From Octopus vulgaris (Eukaryota): a stretch of 64,000 nt of DNA. The notes beneath the pieces are model-generated. The model was not told the origin of the DNA, did no database searches, and saw nothing but the letters and a program-made list of their open reading frames with translations. Location of the stretch: assembly GCA_951406725.2 (NCBI GenBank), contig OX597822.1:102114001-102178000 (forward strand), written 5' to 3'. The stretch's first letter is position 1; each line of letters starts with the position of its first letter. The translations under genes and the position numbers were made by a program. Shown in pieces: positions 13,385 through 26,498 of this stretch.

Positions 13385-13776
13385 TGACCTGGAAGCACTC
13401 CGTCGGTTACGACGATGAGGGTTCCGGTTGATCCGAATCAACGGAACAGCCTGCTCGTGAAATTAACGTGTAAGTGGCTGAGCACTCCACAGACACGTGC
13501 ACCCTTAACGTAGTTCTCGGGGATATTCAGCGTGACACAGAGAGCGACAAGGCCGGCCCTTTGAAATACAGGTACAACAGAAACAGGAAGTAAGAGTGAG
13601 AGAAAGTTGTGGTGAAAGAGTACAGCAGGGATCACCACCATCCCCTGCCGGAGCCTCGTGGAGCTTTTAGGTGTTTTCGCTCAATAAACACTCACAACAC
13701 CCGGTCTGGGAATCGAAACCGCGATCCTATGACCGCGAGTCCGCTGCCCTAACCACTGGGCCATTGCGCCTCCACT
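13385..13776 (-). mobile_element. SINE family B
   Basis: Full length; TSD agagatggttta. Confidence 0.92.
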
Positions 13777-14114
13777 AGAGATGGTTTAACTGTCTTAACG
13801 AGGGGAAAAACTCGGTTTGAATAATCTTTTAAATAATTTATTTCAATCTAATTTTAATTATTTTAACAGTTTCACTTCATTTTCTTAATAAAAATAATTG
13901 AAGTTCTCAAACTGCACGTTATTTATCCATTCACCTAATGACATAGCTATCTACCAAATGATGAAGGGGAACATTCTTTATGTTGCATGTTTCGTTTCTC
14001 ATTGTGTTCAACGTTTTTTTGATGTCCTGTACTCATATATGCATTCATATATACATATATATATGTAGGTATGTACATATATGTATGTATATATGCATAT
14101 ATTTATATATTATT

Positions 14115-14155
<41 letters not shown>

Positions 14156-14158
<3 letters not shown>

Positions 14159-14363
14159 GGTGTCCCAAAAAAATGTATGCATACTTTAACTGTTTTTGCA
14201 CTTCAACTGCATTTTCACACTTCCAGTATCATTTTAGAATGAATTTTCTTTGTTCAAAGCTTAATCTGACTGCCATCATTAAATCCTATAGGTTTCATCT
14301 GGAAAGAAAAAATATCAAATGAGTTATCAGCTGCTAAAGTGTGTATACATTTTTTGGGACACC

Positions 14364-14366
<3 letters not shown>
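14156..14366. mobile_element. Tc1/mariner-type MITE within (TA)n
   Basis: TIRs cagggtgtcccaaaaaaatgtat / atacattttttgggacaccctg; TA flanks. Confidence 0.9.
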
Positions 14367-14422
<56 letters not shown>

Positions 14423-15246
14423 ACATATACCTGTCTATTAATATATCTATCTATCTATCTATGCATTTATAGATTTTCTGGCTCCTTCAAAATAAGGAAA
14501 TCGCATTAACTGAATGAAGTATGCACGGGATTCATGCTCATTTCGAAATTTTACAGGCAAATGGATGACAAAGCGTAACAACCGGAATGGGAATTTTAAA
14601 TGAATGCAGTTTAGAGAAATGTGTGAAACATAGTGTGAAGTACGGGGTCCTAAACACGAGCGGTAAAGGAAGAGACAAGAGGAAAATGAGTGAAAACCAT
14701 GAGAAAGATTTTAAGATTACATAAGAAGCATGTAGAGAGGCAAATCAGTTATTATGATAGGTGTTTATATGAGTTTACAAGACGAATGGAAGACATGGAT
14801 ATTCAGCGAGCTTATGATTGAGTATTTACAGGAATGGGAGCTTGTCTAACAAGCATAATTCTATTGCATTATGTTGTGTAGAACCTACATGGCATATGGG
14901 TTGCCTATCGCATATTAGTAAGCAGTTTTATAAAAGCTATTAAAAATTGAAACATCACGGAGGCTTCAGTTAATAATCCAAAGTTTAGAGAATGATTTTA
15001 CAACGTGTTGAATGTTTCCGCTATTCTTTCTTCTCTATCCCCATCTTATAAACATTTGTTTTCCGCTTGTTCTTCTTCGACTCCTCTTCTTATACAACAA
15101 CCTTTTTCTTCTCCCAAATTCATTTGTACCACACCTAATTTTTTTATTGACATTTCTCCTCCCACGAAACGAATACTCTACCTCAAACACTATGTATTCA
15201 ACTACAGTCTGATGACCGCTATCGTAAGCCGAAATTTTTATATATA

Positions 15247-15612
15247 CCGTAAATCCTTGAGTATAATCCGCATTTTTTTCCCAAAATTTAAAGGTCAAAA
15301 TCCCTAGTGTGTACTATATACGGGGTTAAAAATGAAACATATTTTCTAAGCAATGTCCAAGTCTCTATTTGCTATCCGGCAATGTTTATTCAAACGCATT
15401 TTGTGATGTAGGGTGCGAAAATACCTTAAGCTAAGCCTGAAAGTAATGAAGTCATAAAAGAATCATCCATAACTTGCAGTAAACAACATTTATTAAACGT
15501 TATTACTGTTATTACTGTTATTTCTTTATTTTCTGCAATCAAAATTACCAAGGACGTTATATAGACCTCCTTAACTCAAGTTAGAGAAAGGGTGCGTATT
15601 ATACACAAGGTT
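15247..15612 (-). mobile_element. Partial Tc2/pogo-type MITE, same family as 19899-20419 in opposite orientation
   Basis: TIR ta|ccgtaaatccttgagtataatccgca; body matches the reverse complement of about 19980-20419. Confidence 0.85.
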
Positions 15613-16019
15613 ATATATATATATGTATATATATATAAAACCAAAGTTTTAATTCATTTTCTTTCTTCTACTAGCCTATTATGTAGTGTGTTTTTCTCGG
15701 AGAACTTATAGTGGTAGTAGTGTCTTTTGAAGTCTATTTTTCAGTGCGTGGTGAGGCGCAAGCCAAGCCCTTGTTATAATTATGTATATAATTATGAAAT
15801 ATTTATAAAATTTACCTATGAGGTTTCATTTTCGCGCTGACCGCTTGGTAAAAATCATTTATGATTTTACCCTTTATTATTATTATAATTAATATTTGAA
15901 AAAAAACATATATATATATATATATATATGCATGTATGTATATACCTACACACACACACACACACACATATGTATATATAGTGGTTTTCTACTCCTTATA
16001 CAGACTCTGATCACCTCAT

Positions 16020-16753
16020 GTACTTACACCTTAGACCCATCATGGCTTCTGATGCGGCTTTTAAAACGAGACAATATATTTAAAAGACACCCACATAGAT
16101 TGCATATCTGATGTGGACCACTAAGAGCTACGGTTAAGTTCTGATCTTTGTATATCTTAAAATGTCTTTTCAGGCCTCCGTTAGATTTGCAGACCTTATA
16201 GCCTACACAGCATTGAAAGGTGTGCACAGATATATAGGCAGAGTAGTTGGTGGGGATTCGTTTTACATGGGTCCGCAAATGAGATTTGAGACCTGCAAAA
16301 GAAAGGCATGATTTGTCACAAACTGTGCACACAAAAGGGTCACTGAGATTCACCTTCATCATCACACCATGCTTCTTTAAATTTTTTTTAATCTTGCATG
16401 TGTCATCCTTGCCTCCTCAGAAGCTTTCACTCCACTCCACACTTTTGTTCGCCATCCAGCTCGATCCAAAGTAAGAGTTTCTATGGGTTATGGATCCATT
16501 GCAAGTGACTTCATAGTAGTTCTTATGCCGTCCTTAAACATCTTTTTAGGTTTACACCGATTTCGTTTCCTCTCTGCAAGCTCACCCAAAAACAGTTGTT
16601 TGGGTATGCGTTCATCAACCATTCGAACAATATATCCAGACCATCTCATTTGATTTTTCAGTATTGTTGATTTAATTGAAGTGAAGCCTGCAGACGCAAA
16701 AACATCTGTGTCTGGAGTAAAGAAAAGACCCATTTAATGTTTAAAACGCGACG

Positions 16754-16755
<2 letters not shown>
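16020..16755 (-). pseudogene. RTE (BovB-like) LINE 3' fragment with C-terminal C2H2-like fingers
   Basis: QMRWSGYIVRMVDERIPKQLFLGEL..KRNRCKPKKMFKD, followed after a frameshift by FVCTVCDKSCLSFAGLKSHLRTH and two decayed fingers. Confidence 0.85.
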
Positions 16756-16811
<56 letters not shown>

Positions 16812-16840
16812 CTAAACTGGCAAAATGACCATTCCGAAAT

Positions 16841-16965
<125 letters not shown>

Positions 16966-18157
16966 CACACACATACATACATATATATATATACAGTTAA
17001 TTTACGAAAATAAGTCTTAGTTTCAGTGTAATCATTTTTATGATGACTCGTAAAAAAAGAAATTGTACCTTAGACAAAATTTTCAATTTGCAGGTGAATG
17101 CTAATATGCAGAACATATAGAATTTTGTCGAGTTGTATCAGAGTAAAAGCACCTGTGTCATTAAAAATTTCTAAACGAAAGTTATTAGTATAAAGACAGA
17201 CAGACTGGTGACTGAGCTCCCTGCTGATAGAACCAGACACTTGAGTTTCTTACGATCTCCTATTGTGTCAAATAATTTCGCTTTGGAATTCGTAAGCAAA
17301 TAACTTTACCAAAAGTGATCGTGCCAGATGTGGTCGAAGGTTTTATTAACGCTAATAATGTAAAATTTCTTTCGCTGTGGTATCCAAATACAGTTTGTTT
17401 AACCCCTTATATGGAATGTGACAAAATAGTTCTCGTGCGAATTTGTCTTTGCAAAATTACTGTTAATATTCCTGAGAAGTTGATTTTGCCTTTCATTCTT
17501 TCAGTGTCGATAAAATAACTACCAGTTGATCCCTTTGGTCGATGTAATTGACCTAGCCCGTCCCTCGAAATAACTGTCCGTGTGTCAAAATTTGAAACCA
17601 ATATTCCCTGAGAAGAGAAAGTAATTGAAGTGACATATTGACAGTTTTCAAATCTTGTCTCCATATACTTTTTAATACAAATAGCAGAAGAGGTAGAACA
17701 CAGTATTTACTTTCGTCCGTCTGTTAGTTTAAATATAGTCACATTCTGTATCACTTACGGTCATTTTCTCTTTCTCCTTGACCATGTGGCTAAATATACT
17801 TTTTATTGCTCTTCTACGTCATACACCAAGAGGTCTCTTGTCCTTAACGTCAGCAAAGCCATCAACTGGGTTTATCATGAGGAACAGTTTGCTAAGAACT
17901 CAGAGTATAAACTCTATTAGTTTCCTCTTAGATTGTTTCATTCAGTGAACAACTTATAGGATGGTGATACTCTGAAGCACTTGCATCCATTCTCATACAC
18001 CAAGGCTCAGCCATGTTTCCTATATGTTCTTTCTCGACATTGACGGCATCATTCCAACCACACACAGTCCCACACAGAAATTACTATCACATTATTCTAT
18101 ATTCCATTTTTTTCTTTTCCACTTACAAACGTCATCCCATCACCCACACATACTTAA

Positions 18158-18307
18158 CCCATTTTAACCCACTGTCCTTGTTTGAGAAGAGTTGTATTTG
18201 GTTTGTTTACTGCAATAAAGGTTAACTGGATGCTTCTGTGTGTTTGTTATCCCTATTTATATAACTATCTTCAAAATTTCGACAGGGTTAACCTGAGTTA
18301 AAATGGG
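18158..18307. mobile_element. piggyBac-type MITE (150 bp)
   Basis: TTAA|CCCATTTTAAC ... GTTAAAATGGG|TTAA. Confidence 0.75.
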
Positions 18308-18337
18308 TTAAGATACCTGAAAAGGAGAAGTCGCAAC

Positions 18338-18371
18338 TGCTGGCTCACATATACACTGTGTCATCTCTCAT

Positions 18372-18422
<51 letters not shown>

Positions 18423-18423
18423 T

Positions 18424-18462
<39 letters not shown>

Positions 18463-18517
18463 TACTACAGCAAGCTAGGTACTAGAGCCACGAGCTCACA
18501 TACATGCTGTATAATCT

Positions 18518-18560
<43 letters not shown>

Positions 18561-18675
18561 GGTTCACATACTGTTATCTCTCATCACCTTCTACTACGAC
18601 TACTACTACTACTACTACTGCAAGCTAGAGACTACAACTACTGGCTTCACATACTGTGTCATATCTCATTTACTG
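18338..18675. repeat. Compound minisatellite with embedded (TAC)n tracts
   Basis: About four units of ggctcacata..ctgt..atctc-(tac)n-caagctag. Confidence 0.8.
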
Positions 18676-18950
18676 CCACAGAAACTAAAATAGACACCAA
18701 GATATTCCAAGAACTGTCTCACTAACTTGCTGTATTATCCTATATCTGCTATTTCAAATAGCAAGCTAAGCACGGCTACTACATGTGCACATGCTTGTTA
18801 TTTCATCTCTCATCTCTCAAATACTGTACTACAACAGCAAGTTACGTATTACAACAGTTGGCCATGTTCTTAATCGCAACGACTCTGATTACCGAGCATA
18901 CCGATCGACACGAAACACATATGCGCTTCGTATCACATTATGATCGCTAT

Positions 18951-19332
18951 GACCGCGAGTCCGCTGCCCTAACCACTGGGTCATTGCACCTCCATTTCGA
19001 TTCCCAGACCGGGCGTTGTGAGTGTTTATTGAGCGAAAACACCTAAAAGCTCCACGAGGCTCCGGCAGGGGATGGTGGTGATCCCTGCTGTACTCTTTCA
19101 CCACAACTTTCTCTCACTCTTACTTCCAGTTTCTGTTGTACCTGTATTTCAAAGGGCCGGCCTTGTCACTCTCTGTTCACGCTGAATATCCCCGAGAACT
19201 ACGTTAAGGGTACACGTGTCTGTGGAGTGCTCAGCCACTTACACGTTAATTTCACGAGCAGGCTGTTCCGTTGATTCGGATCAACCGGAACCCTCGTCGT
19301 CGTAACCGACGGAGTGCTTCCATAATTAATCC
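18951..19332 (+). mobile_element. SINE family B with inverted 5' end
   Basis: 18951-18994 is the reverse complement of the SINE head and the rest is forward; TSD atgatcgctat (18940-18950 / 19333-19343). Confidence 0.9.
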
Positions 19333-19479
19333 ATGATCGCTATATTCTGTCTGTGATGAAAAATAATTAAACTTCAATTTTTTTTCTTCGCCTACGTCAA
19401 TATTTATATTTCCGTCATGTTTCGTTTCTTAGTTGTTTGGCCTAGACGGAGTGGTTGTGCTGTTGGATTTCGCAGGTCC

Positions 19480-19862
19480 TCCCTGACCAGTGAGGTCAAT
19501 GTTATTAATGTTCCTCTTGGCGCCTATAGTTGACGTCCGCAAGAAATACATACGCAGAGCTGGAATTTAAGAGGATCAGCATTCTAGGCACGAATGACTT
19601 GATGTAATGATTAGTCTGAGTTCTGGGGTGGAGTAGACATAATATGGATGTTGTGAAGAGTAGAGGCAAGTAAATGAGCGAAACCAGCCAGCCGCGAAGA
19701 ACAGAGGTCATTGCAATGTCTGCAGAAAAGGCAGAGAGGGGACACAGCATAACTATGAGTCAGAGCGCCAAGTATTTTGATAAGCAATTTCATGCCAATC
19801 AGTTGAGTAGCCTTTCTTTGTATATGGTCTAATACAACAGTGTGCTTAGTAACAGTACCATC
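19480..19862 (-). pseudogene. Degenerate Jockey/CR1-like LINE 3' fragment
   Basis: Minus strand DGTVTKHTVVLDHIQRKATQLIG..HPRTQTNHYIKSFVPRM resembles a LINE ORF2 C-terminus. Confidence 0.55.
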
Positions 19863-19898
19863 GTATGAGATTTGCCCGAGATTTATACAGGTTTAATA

Positions 19899-20419
19899 CC
19901 GTAAATCTTCGAGTATAGTCCGCCCTTGAGTATAATACGCAGGGGATTTTTAGGGGGCTGTACCTCTGAAAAACCTAAACCTTGTGTATAATACGCACTC
20001 CTTTTGTAACTTGAGTCGTGCGTAATTAAGCCAGCAGCACCTAGTCGAATAAACACTTCCGCGCATGCGTAATACAATAATCGTGATGTTCTTAACTGTT
20101 ATATGGGAATGTAAATATGTTGGCAAATTGTTTTTGTTGTATGTTATTCTGTGTTTTGAATACTTTTATTTTAATAAATGTTGCTTACTGCAAGTTATGG
20201 ATGATTCTTTTATGACTTCATTGCTTTCAGGCTTAGCTTAAGGTATTTTCGCGCCCGACATCACAAAATGCGTCGGAATAAACATTGCCGGACAGCAAAT
20301 ATAGACTCGGACATTGCTTAGAAAATACTTTTCATTTCTAACCTCGTATATAGTACGCACTAGGGATTTTGATCATTAATTTTGAGGAAAAAATGCGGAT
20401 TATATTCGAGGATTTACGG
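19899..20419. mobile_element. Tc2/pogo-type MITE
   Basis: TA|ccgtaaatcttcgagtatagtccgc ... gcggattatattcgaggatttacgg|TA. Confidence 0.88.
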
Positions 20420-20610
20420 TAGTTGTTGGAAATAATTCTGAGTTCCCAAAAATAAAACCCCTCTTTGTAATATGTATTGACCAAGAGAGCCCTAATATTT
20501 GGGATTGGCGTAAGAGTTTTAGTTGCAAACAGTTCTTGTGTAGTTGGATATGAGTTGCAATAAAATTTTCTTGATATGCGCAGCGATTATAAGTGTTTGC
20601 TGATAAAGAG

Positions 20611-21023
20611 AGGCGCAGGAGTGGCTGTGTGGTAAGTAGCTTGCTAACCAACCACATGGTTCCGGGTTCAGTCCCACTGCGTGGCATCTTGGGCAAGTGT
20701 CTTCTGCTATAGCCCCGGGCCGACCAAAGCCTTGTGAGTGGATTTGGTAGACGGAAACTGAAAGAAGCCTGTCGTATATATGTATATATATGTATGTGTG
20801 TGTTTGTTTGTCTGTGTTTGTCCCCTAGCATTGCTTGACAACCGATGCTGGTGTGTTTATGTCCCCGTTACTTAGCGGTTCGGCAAAAAGAGACCGATAG
20901 AATAAGTACTGGGCTTACAAAAGAATAAGTCCTAGGGTCGATTTGCTCGATAAAGGCAGTGCTCCAGCATGGCCGCAGTCAAATGACTGAAACAAGTAAA
21001 AGAGTAAAGAGTAAGAGTAAAGA
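20611..21023 (+). mobile_element. SINE family C (CORE-like cttgggcaagt motif, internal microsatellite, (GTAAAAGA)n tail)
   Basis: Full-length copy; head ggcgcaggagtggctgtgtggtaag. Confidence 0.9.
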
Positions 21024-21100
21024 ATCGAGATTCACATGACTCCGTTGAACAACGATTTTGGTCTCCATTCATGATGTCAGCGCGAATGTCGCGTTAGGCA

Positions 21101-21323
21101 TACTCTTTTACTCTTTACTCTTTTACTTGTTTCAGTCATTTGACTGCGGCCATGCTGGAGCACCGCCTTTAGTCGAGCAACTCGACCCCGGGACTTATTC
21201 TTCGTAAGCCCAGTACTTATTCTATCGGTTCCTTTTGCCGAACCGCTAAGTGACGGGGACGTAAACACACCAGCATCGGTTGTCAAGCAATGCTAGGGGG
21301 ACAAACACAGACACACAAACATA

Positions 21324-21357
<34 letters not shown>

Positions 21358-21512
21358 TACGACAGGCTTCTTTCAGTTTCCATCTACCAAATCCACTCAC
21401 AAGGCTTTGGTCGGCCCGAGGCTATAGTAGAAGATACTTGCCCAGTGGGACTGAACCCGGAACCATGTGGTTGGTAAACAAGCTACTTACCACACAGCCA
21501 CTCCTGCGCCTC
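21101..21512 (-). mobile_element. SINE family C, inverted neighbour of the previous copy
   Basis: Reverse complement of 20611-21023 with a small internal deletion. Confidence 0.9.
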
Positions 21513-21544
21513 TGCGTATAATGATAATAATATTGTCTTCTAGT

Positions 21545-21887
21545 GTGAAGGCGCATGGCTCAATGGTTAGAGCGTCGAGCTGACGATCGTGAGGTTGTGA
21601 ATTCGATTCCAGGACCGGGCTGCGTGTTGTGTTCTTGAGCAAGACACTTTATTTCACATGGCTCCAGTTCACTCAGCTGTAGAAATGAGTTGCGACATCA
21701 CAGGTGCCTAGCTGTATCGGCCTTTGCCTTACCCTTGGATAACATCGGTGGCGTGGAGAGGGGAGGCTGGTATGCATGAGCGACTGCTGGCCTTCCATAA
21801 ATAACCTTGCCGGACTTGTAACTCGGAGGGTAACTTTCTAGGTGCAATCCTATGGTCATTCATGACCAAAGAGGGTCTCCCCCATTC
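21545..21887 (+). mobile_element. tRNA-derived SINE family F
   Basis: ggcgcatggctcaatggttagagc..attcgattcc; TSD tcttctagt. Confidence 0.85.
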
Positions 21888-22623
21888 TCTTCTAGTTTGA
21901 AATACTGGAATCTTTTATGAATTTCTAAGTTAATAAAATGTAGAGAATGTTATCGAAATATATCCTGGTAGAAAGAGAGAAAAAAAGCTGAAATTTGTAA
22001 GAAAGGCAATTTGCACTGGGGTATATTATTTGATGGTAATTAAAGCAACATAGTCAGCGACAGTAGCCGTGTTACTTTGGGGCATATATACGTGTATTTG
22101 GTAGTGATCATGATGCTGGGATGGAAATGGATAGCTTTGGATAGATTATTCCTCGTGCATCAACAACGTTGAAAGTAACTAGCAAATATGGAGGGTTTCT
22201 CTACGGGAATATTGCTTGCAGAACGTTCGTAGCTGAGAAATTGAGAAAAAGAGGAATTCTTCAGAGTTGATAGAGATTCTTTTTACCAAAAGAATACCAA
22301 AAATAATCGGTTTCAAATTGCCTACTGGGAGAACTTGGAGGGCTGTGCAATGTGCTGAGGCCATTCTACATGGTTCTGACAATGTTGCAATGCTAAGTAA
22401 GAGCTGTCCGGTTTGTGTGGGGGGGGGGCAGAAATTTACACCTAAATGCCAGATGTGGTCGGTTTTATTAACACAAGTAATGTAAACTGTTTCGCTGTAG
22501 TATCCAAATACAGTTTATCTGACTCCTGATATGGAATTACAAAATAGCTCCCGTGCGAATCTTTGACTAAAATATTGCGGAGAAGCAATGAGTAATCCAC
22601 TCATGAAACTTAGGAATGAGACA

Positions 22624-22923
22624 CGTTCCTTTTCGAGCCATGCCTAGCTCATAAGGGCCAGTTTCCCGGTTTCATTGGCGTATAGGTTCCCCACATGGAC
22701 GGGACGCCGGTCCGTCGCAGGTGAGCTGCAAGATGCAGGAGGAAAGAGTGAGAGAAAGTTGTGGCGAAAGAGTCAGCAGAAGTTCGCCATTATCTTCTGT
22801 CGGATCCGCGTGGAGTTTAGGTGTTTCGCTCATAAACACATACATCGCTTGGTCTGAGATTCGAACCTGTGATCCCTCGACCGCGAGTCCGCTGCTCTAA
22901 TCACTAGGCCATGTGCCTCCACC
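22624..22923 (-). mobile_element. tRNA-derived SINE family E (B-like head, Meta-like 3' part)
   Basis: Head gtggaggcacatggcctagtg; TSD aatgagaca. Confidence 0.82.
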
Positions 22924-23229
22924 AATGAGACATGTGGGGGATATGAAACACACACTGCCCCATATTTTTGTTGAAATATACCACCTCCATTTTCAAACTA
23001 ATGAAGAATTTAGTAAAACAACTTAATCTGGTGTTTGTAATATGATTTAACGTGAAATGTTGATGGAAGATTTTAATTTAGATCCCGTTAAAGCACGAGG
23101 CTGGTGTCAGAACAATGGGCGGTTTCAGCGGCTTAGGTGTTGCAATACTGAGAGTCCAACAATTCAAAAGTCCTTCAGCTTTGCATTAAGGTTAGAGCGG
23201 GGTGGATGTGGAAAGCAGCGTTTGCAAAC

Positions 23230-23420
23230 CAGGAACAGGATATAGCAACCAAATTCCTGGTGCACAAAAGGGACAGAGACGCAATAAAAACACAAAAAGG
23301 TGGTAACTGACGCAGACTTTGTGAAGTTATCACCCAAATCATTAGCAGTTGTCTAATAATGCCACGTGTTATTATTATCTACCGATGTGTTATAATGTTG
23401 TAGCCAACACATTATGCAAT
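23230..23420 (+). pseudogene. Highly decayed RLE-type (R4-like) non-LTR fragment
   Basis: QEQDIATKFLVHKRDRD..RLC..ITQIISSC..YY..VVA resembles the zinc-knuckle region upstream of an RLE domain. Confidence 0.5.
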
Positions 23421-23944
23421 GAGATTCGTCGGAAGAATAACCCCGCGGTCAAAGCAATAAGAACTCACAGTATGGTAGAGGCCAATTTGCTGAAAAACAA
23501 TCATGTTAGTTCTATATAAATTTATTCTTTCAAAGACAACGTTTGTATGTTTTCTAAAGAAGTTACACGGTTCAAATAAGTATTATCTCTGGCAAAGCAT
23601 AAACAATTCCCAATGAAGGGCTTCTCCCATAACATAATAACAGATCATTTATGCTTGTATGGGATTGCTGCTTTTACTGGAATGTTCCAGGTCCTCAACA
23701 AAAGAGGTGTGAGCAGTGCCGTCTTACGACTGGGCATTTACCCAAGGGCTCCATATATCTGGGGGTCCGATTCTGATCTATGTATGCTGTGACTTGTTAT
23801 CAGTGAAATAAATTATATAGGGCCTAGTACACTGAGTTGTCCTAGGCTGTATAATGTTGCTAAGACGGTTCTGTATGTGCTTGACTTTAACTTTTCACTC
23901 CCTTACACATACTAACATGTAGCCTTGGTACGTCCCTAATAGAG

Positions 23945-24510
23945 CAGAGGGGACAAACAAGGACAGATAAAGGGATTAAGTTGATAACATCGACCCCAGT
24001 GCGCAACTGGTACTTAATTTATCGACCCCGAAAAGGATGAAAGGCAAATTCGGCGGAATTTGAACTCAGAACGTAGAGGCAGACGAAATACCTATTTCTT
24101 TACTACCCACAAGGGGCTAAACACAGAGAGGACAAAGAAGGATAGACAAACGGATGAAAAGCAAAGTCGACCTCGGCGGAATTTGAACTCAGAACGTAAC
24201 GGCAGACGAAATACCTATTTCTTTACTACCCACAAGGGGCTAAACACAGAGAGGACAAAGAAGGACAGAGAAACGGATGAAAAGCAAAGACAACCTCGGC
24301 GGAATTTGAACTCAGAACGTAGCGGCAGACGAAATACCTATTTCTTTACAACCCACAAGGGGCTAAACACAGAGAGGACAAAGAAGGATAGAGAAACGGA
24401 TGAAAAGCAAAGTCAACCTCGGCGGAATTTGAACTCAGAACGTAGCGGCAGACGAAATACGGCTAAGCATTTCGCCCGGCGTGCTAACGTTTCTGCCAGT
24501 TCACCACCCT
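23945..24510 (-). mobile_element. SINE family A with 123-bp internal tandem amplification
   Basis: ggaatttgaactcagaacg recurs at 24055, 24178, 24301 and 24424. Confidence 0.9.
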
Positions 24511-24830
24511 TCATTTTAAGAGTCAATCAAGGACACACACCTGATTCACAGAGATCGTCATTTTTAAGTAATTTGGTGTAGAGTTGGTTTTGTTCTCGTT
24601 CAATGTAGAGTTTTCTCAGATATATTTTCAAACAAGTTACGTGTTTTTATATATCTTATAGCAGTAGCATGAATGTGTCTAGACAGCAGAAATATTTTAG
24701 TGGGGAGGAACACTTCGTATGTTTAGTTCCTCTTCATCTCTCAAAGCCTATAACGGATGCGTACGTGTGTGCGCGCGCGTGTGTGTTGAAAGACAGACAG
24801 ACAGACAGACAGATAGATATAATAGATAGA

Positions 24831-24866
<36 letters not shown>

Positions 24867-24891
24867 GTAGATAGTTAGGTAGGTAGGTATG

Positions 24892-24982
<91 letters not shown>

Positions 24983-25027
24983 GTAGATAGTTAGGTAGGT
25001 AGGTATGTAGGTAGGTAGATAGATAGG

Positions 25028-25100
<73 letters not shown>

Positions 25101-25102
<2 letters not shown>

Positions 25103-26014
25103 GTTTCTTTATTGGCCACACAGGGCTGCACACAGATGGGACAAGTTACAAGGTAGAGCTTTTCTTTGGGGGGATGAAGAGAACAAAAAACAAAAGAAAA
25201 AAAAAGGGGTGGAGTAGGTTTTCGATCAAGAGGGATCGTAAAAGGGAAGAAAAGGACAAAAACAAAAAAAAATTGAAAAAATAAAAAGAATAGAAAGAAA
25301 AAAAAAGGAAAGGAAAAGGAACAAAAGGAAAGAGAAATGAAAAAAGAAGAAAAAAGGGGAAAAAAAGGGGAAGAGGAAAAAAAGAACGATCAATATGGAT
25401 CGTGTATCACAGTGTTATGATATATGGTGTAAAGGGGAAAGCAAGTAAGTTTTATCCGTGGGAAGAAAAGCCTACGAAAAAGACCACGGTAACCTTGGTC
25501 AATATTGTTATATGTTACCACATTTGTTTGCAAGTGGGTAACCCTCTGTTTTCAATTTCTGGGTTCATAGGATTATGCTCAAGGTGGCTTCGTCATTCAT
25601 ACGTGCCATCCTTGTTACATTCACCCATCTTTTTTAAAACATTCGCTAGACAAAACTTGCCTCTCTACTCTCACTTTCCTTTTCAAGTGGTACTTGAAGA
25701 AGTTGATGAGAGATTGACCAGAGAGGAAAGTGTTTGCATCCAATCCTTTCAGACGCGTCCACCAGATACATTCTTTCGCCATAGCCACAAGGATGATGAA
25801 AATAGCTCTTCCTTCCCGTTTGAAGGAAGGAGGCGTGACAATATTGACGATAGACTCAGCTTATAAACCGACTCGTCCCACACGTGACAGCAGTTGTTCG
25901 ACATAAGCCCACAGGTCGGAAATTCTTGGACACTGCACGAGTGCGTGCAGAACGGTTTCGTCGCTCTGACCGCATCTCGGGCAGGTCGGCCCCGTGTTTC
26001 TCGAGCCGGGTCTG
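25101..26014 (-). mobile_element. 5'-truncated Tx1/L1-clade LINE (ORF2 C-terminus + 3'UTR)
   Basis: [18 protein letters not shown] zinc knuckle; FKYHLKRKVRVER; T-rich UTR; ends aataaagaaactt(atct)n. Confidence 0.85.
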
Positions 26015-26060
26015 TAGAGATAGATAGATAGATAGATAGATAGATAGGTAGGTAGGTAGG

Positions 26061-26127
<67 letters not shown>

Positions 26128-26151
26128 GTAGGTAAGTAGGTAGGTAGGTAG

Positions 26152-26208
<57 letters not shown>

Positions 26209-26221
26209 GTAGGTAGGTAGG

Positions 26222-26252
<31 letters not shown>

Positions 26253-26272
26253 GTAGTAGGTAGGTAGGTAGG

Positions 26273-26315
<43 letters not shown>

Positions 26316-26344
26316 GTAGGTAGGTATAGGTAGTAAGATAGATG

Positions 26345-26392
<48 letters not shown>

Positions 26393-26399
26393 TAGATAG

Positions 26400-26472
<73 letters not shown>

Positions 26473-26498
26473 GTAGGTAGGTAGGTAGGTAGGTAGAT

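Noticed and set aside
16024-16365. Host C2H2 zinc-finger gene exon
   Set aside because: Contiguous with the RTE ORF remnant, no TGEKP linkers, fingers degenerate
23714-23872. Possible hAT MITE (cagtgccgtctta / taagacggttctg)
   Set aside because: TIRs are short and mismatched, and there is no 8-bp TSD; too weak to call
24060-24581. 173-aa ORF with 41-aa repeats
   Set aside because: Antisense reading of a 123-bp tandem inside SINE A; the period is simply divisible by 3
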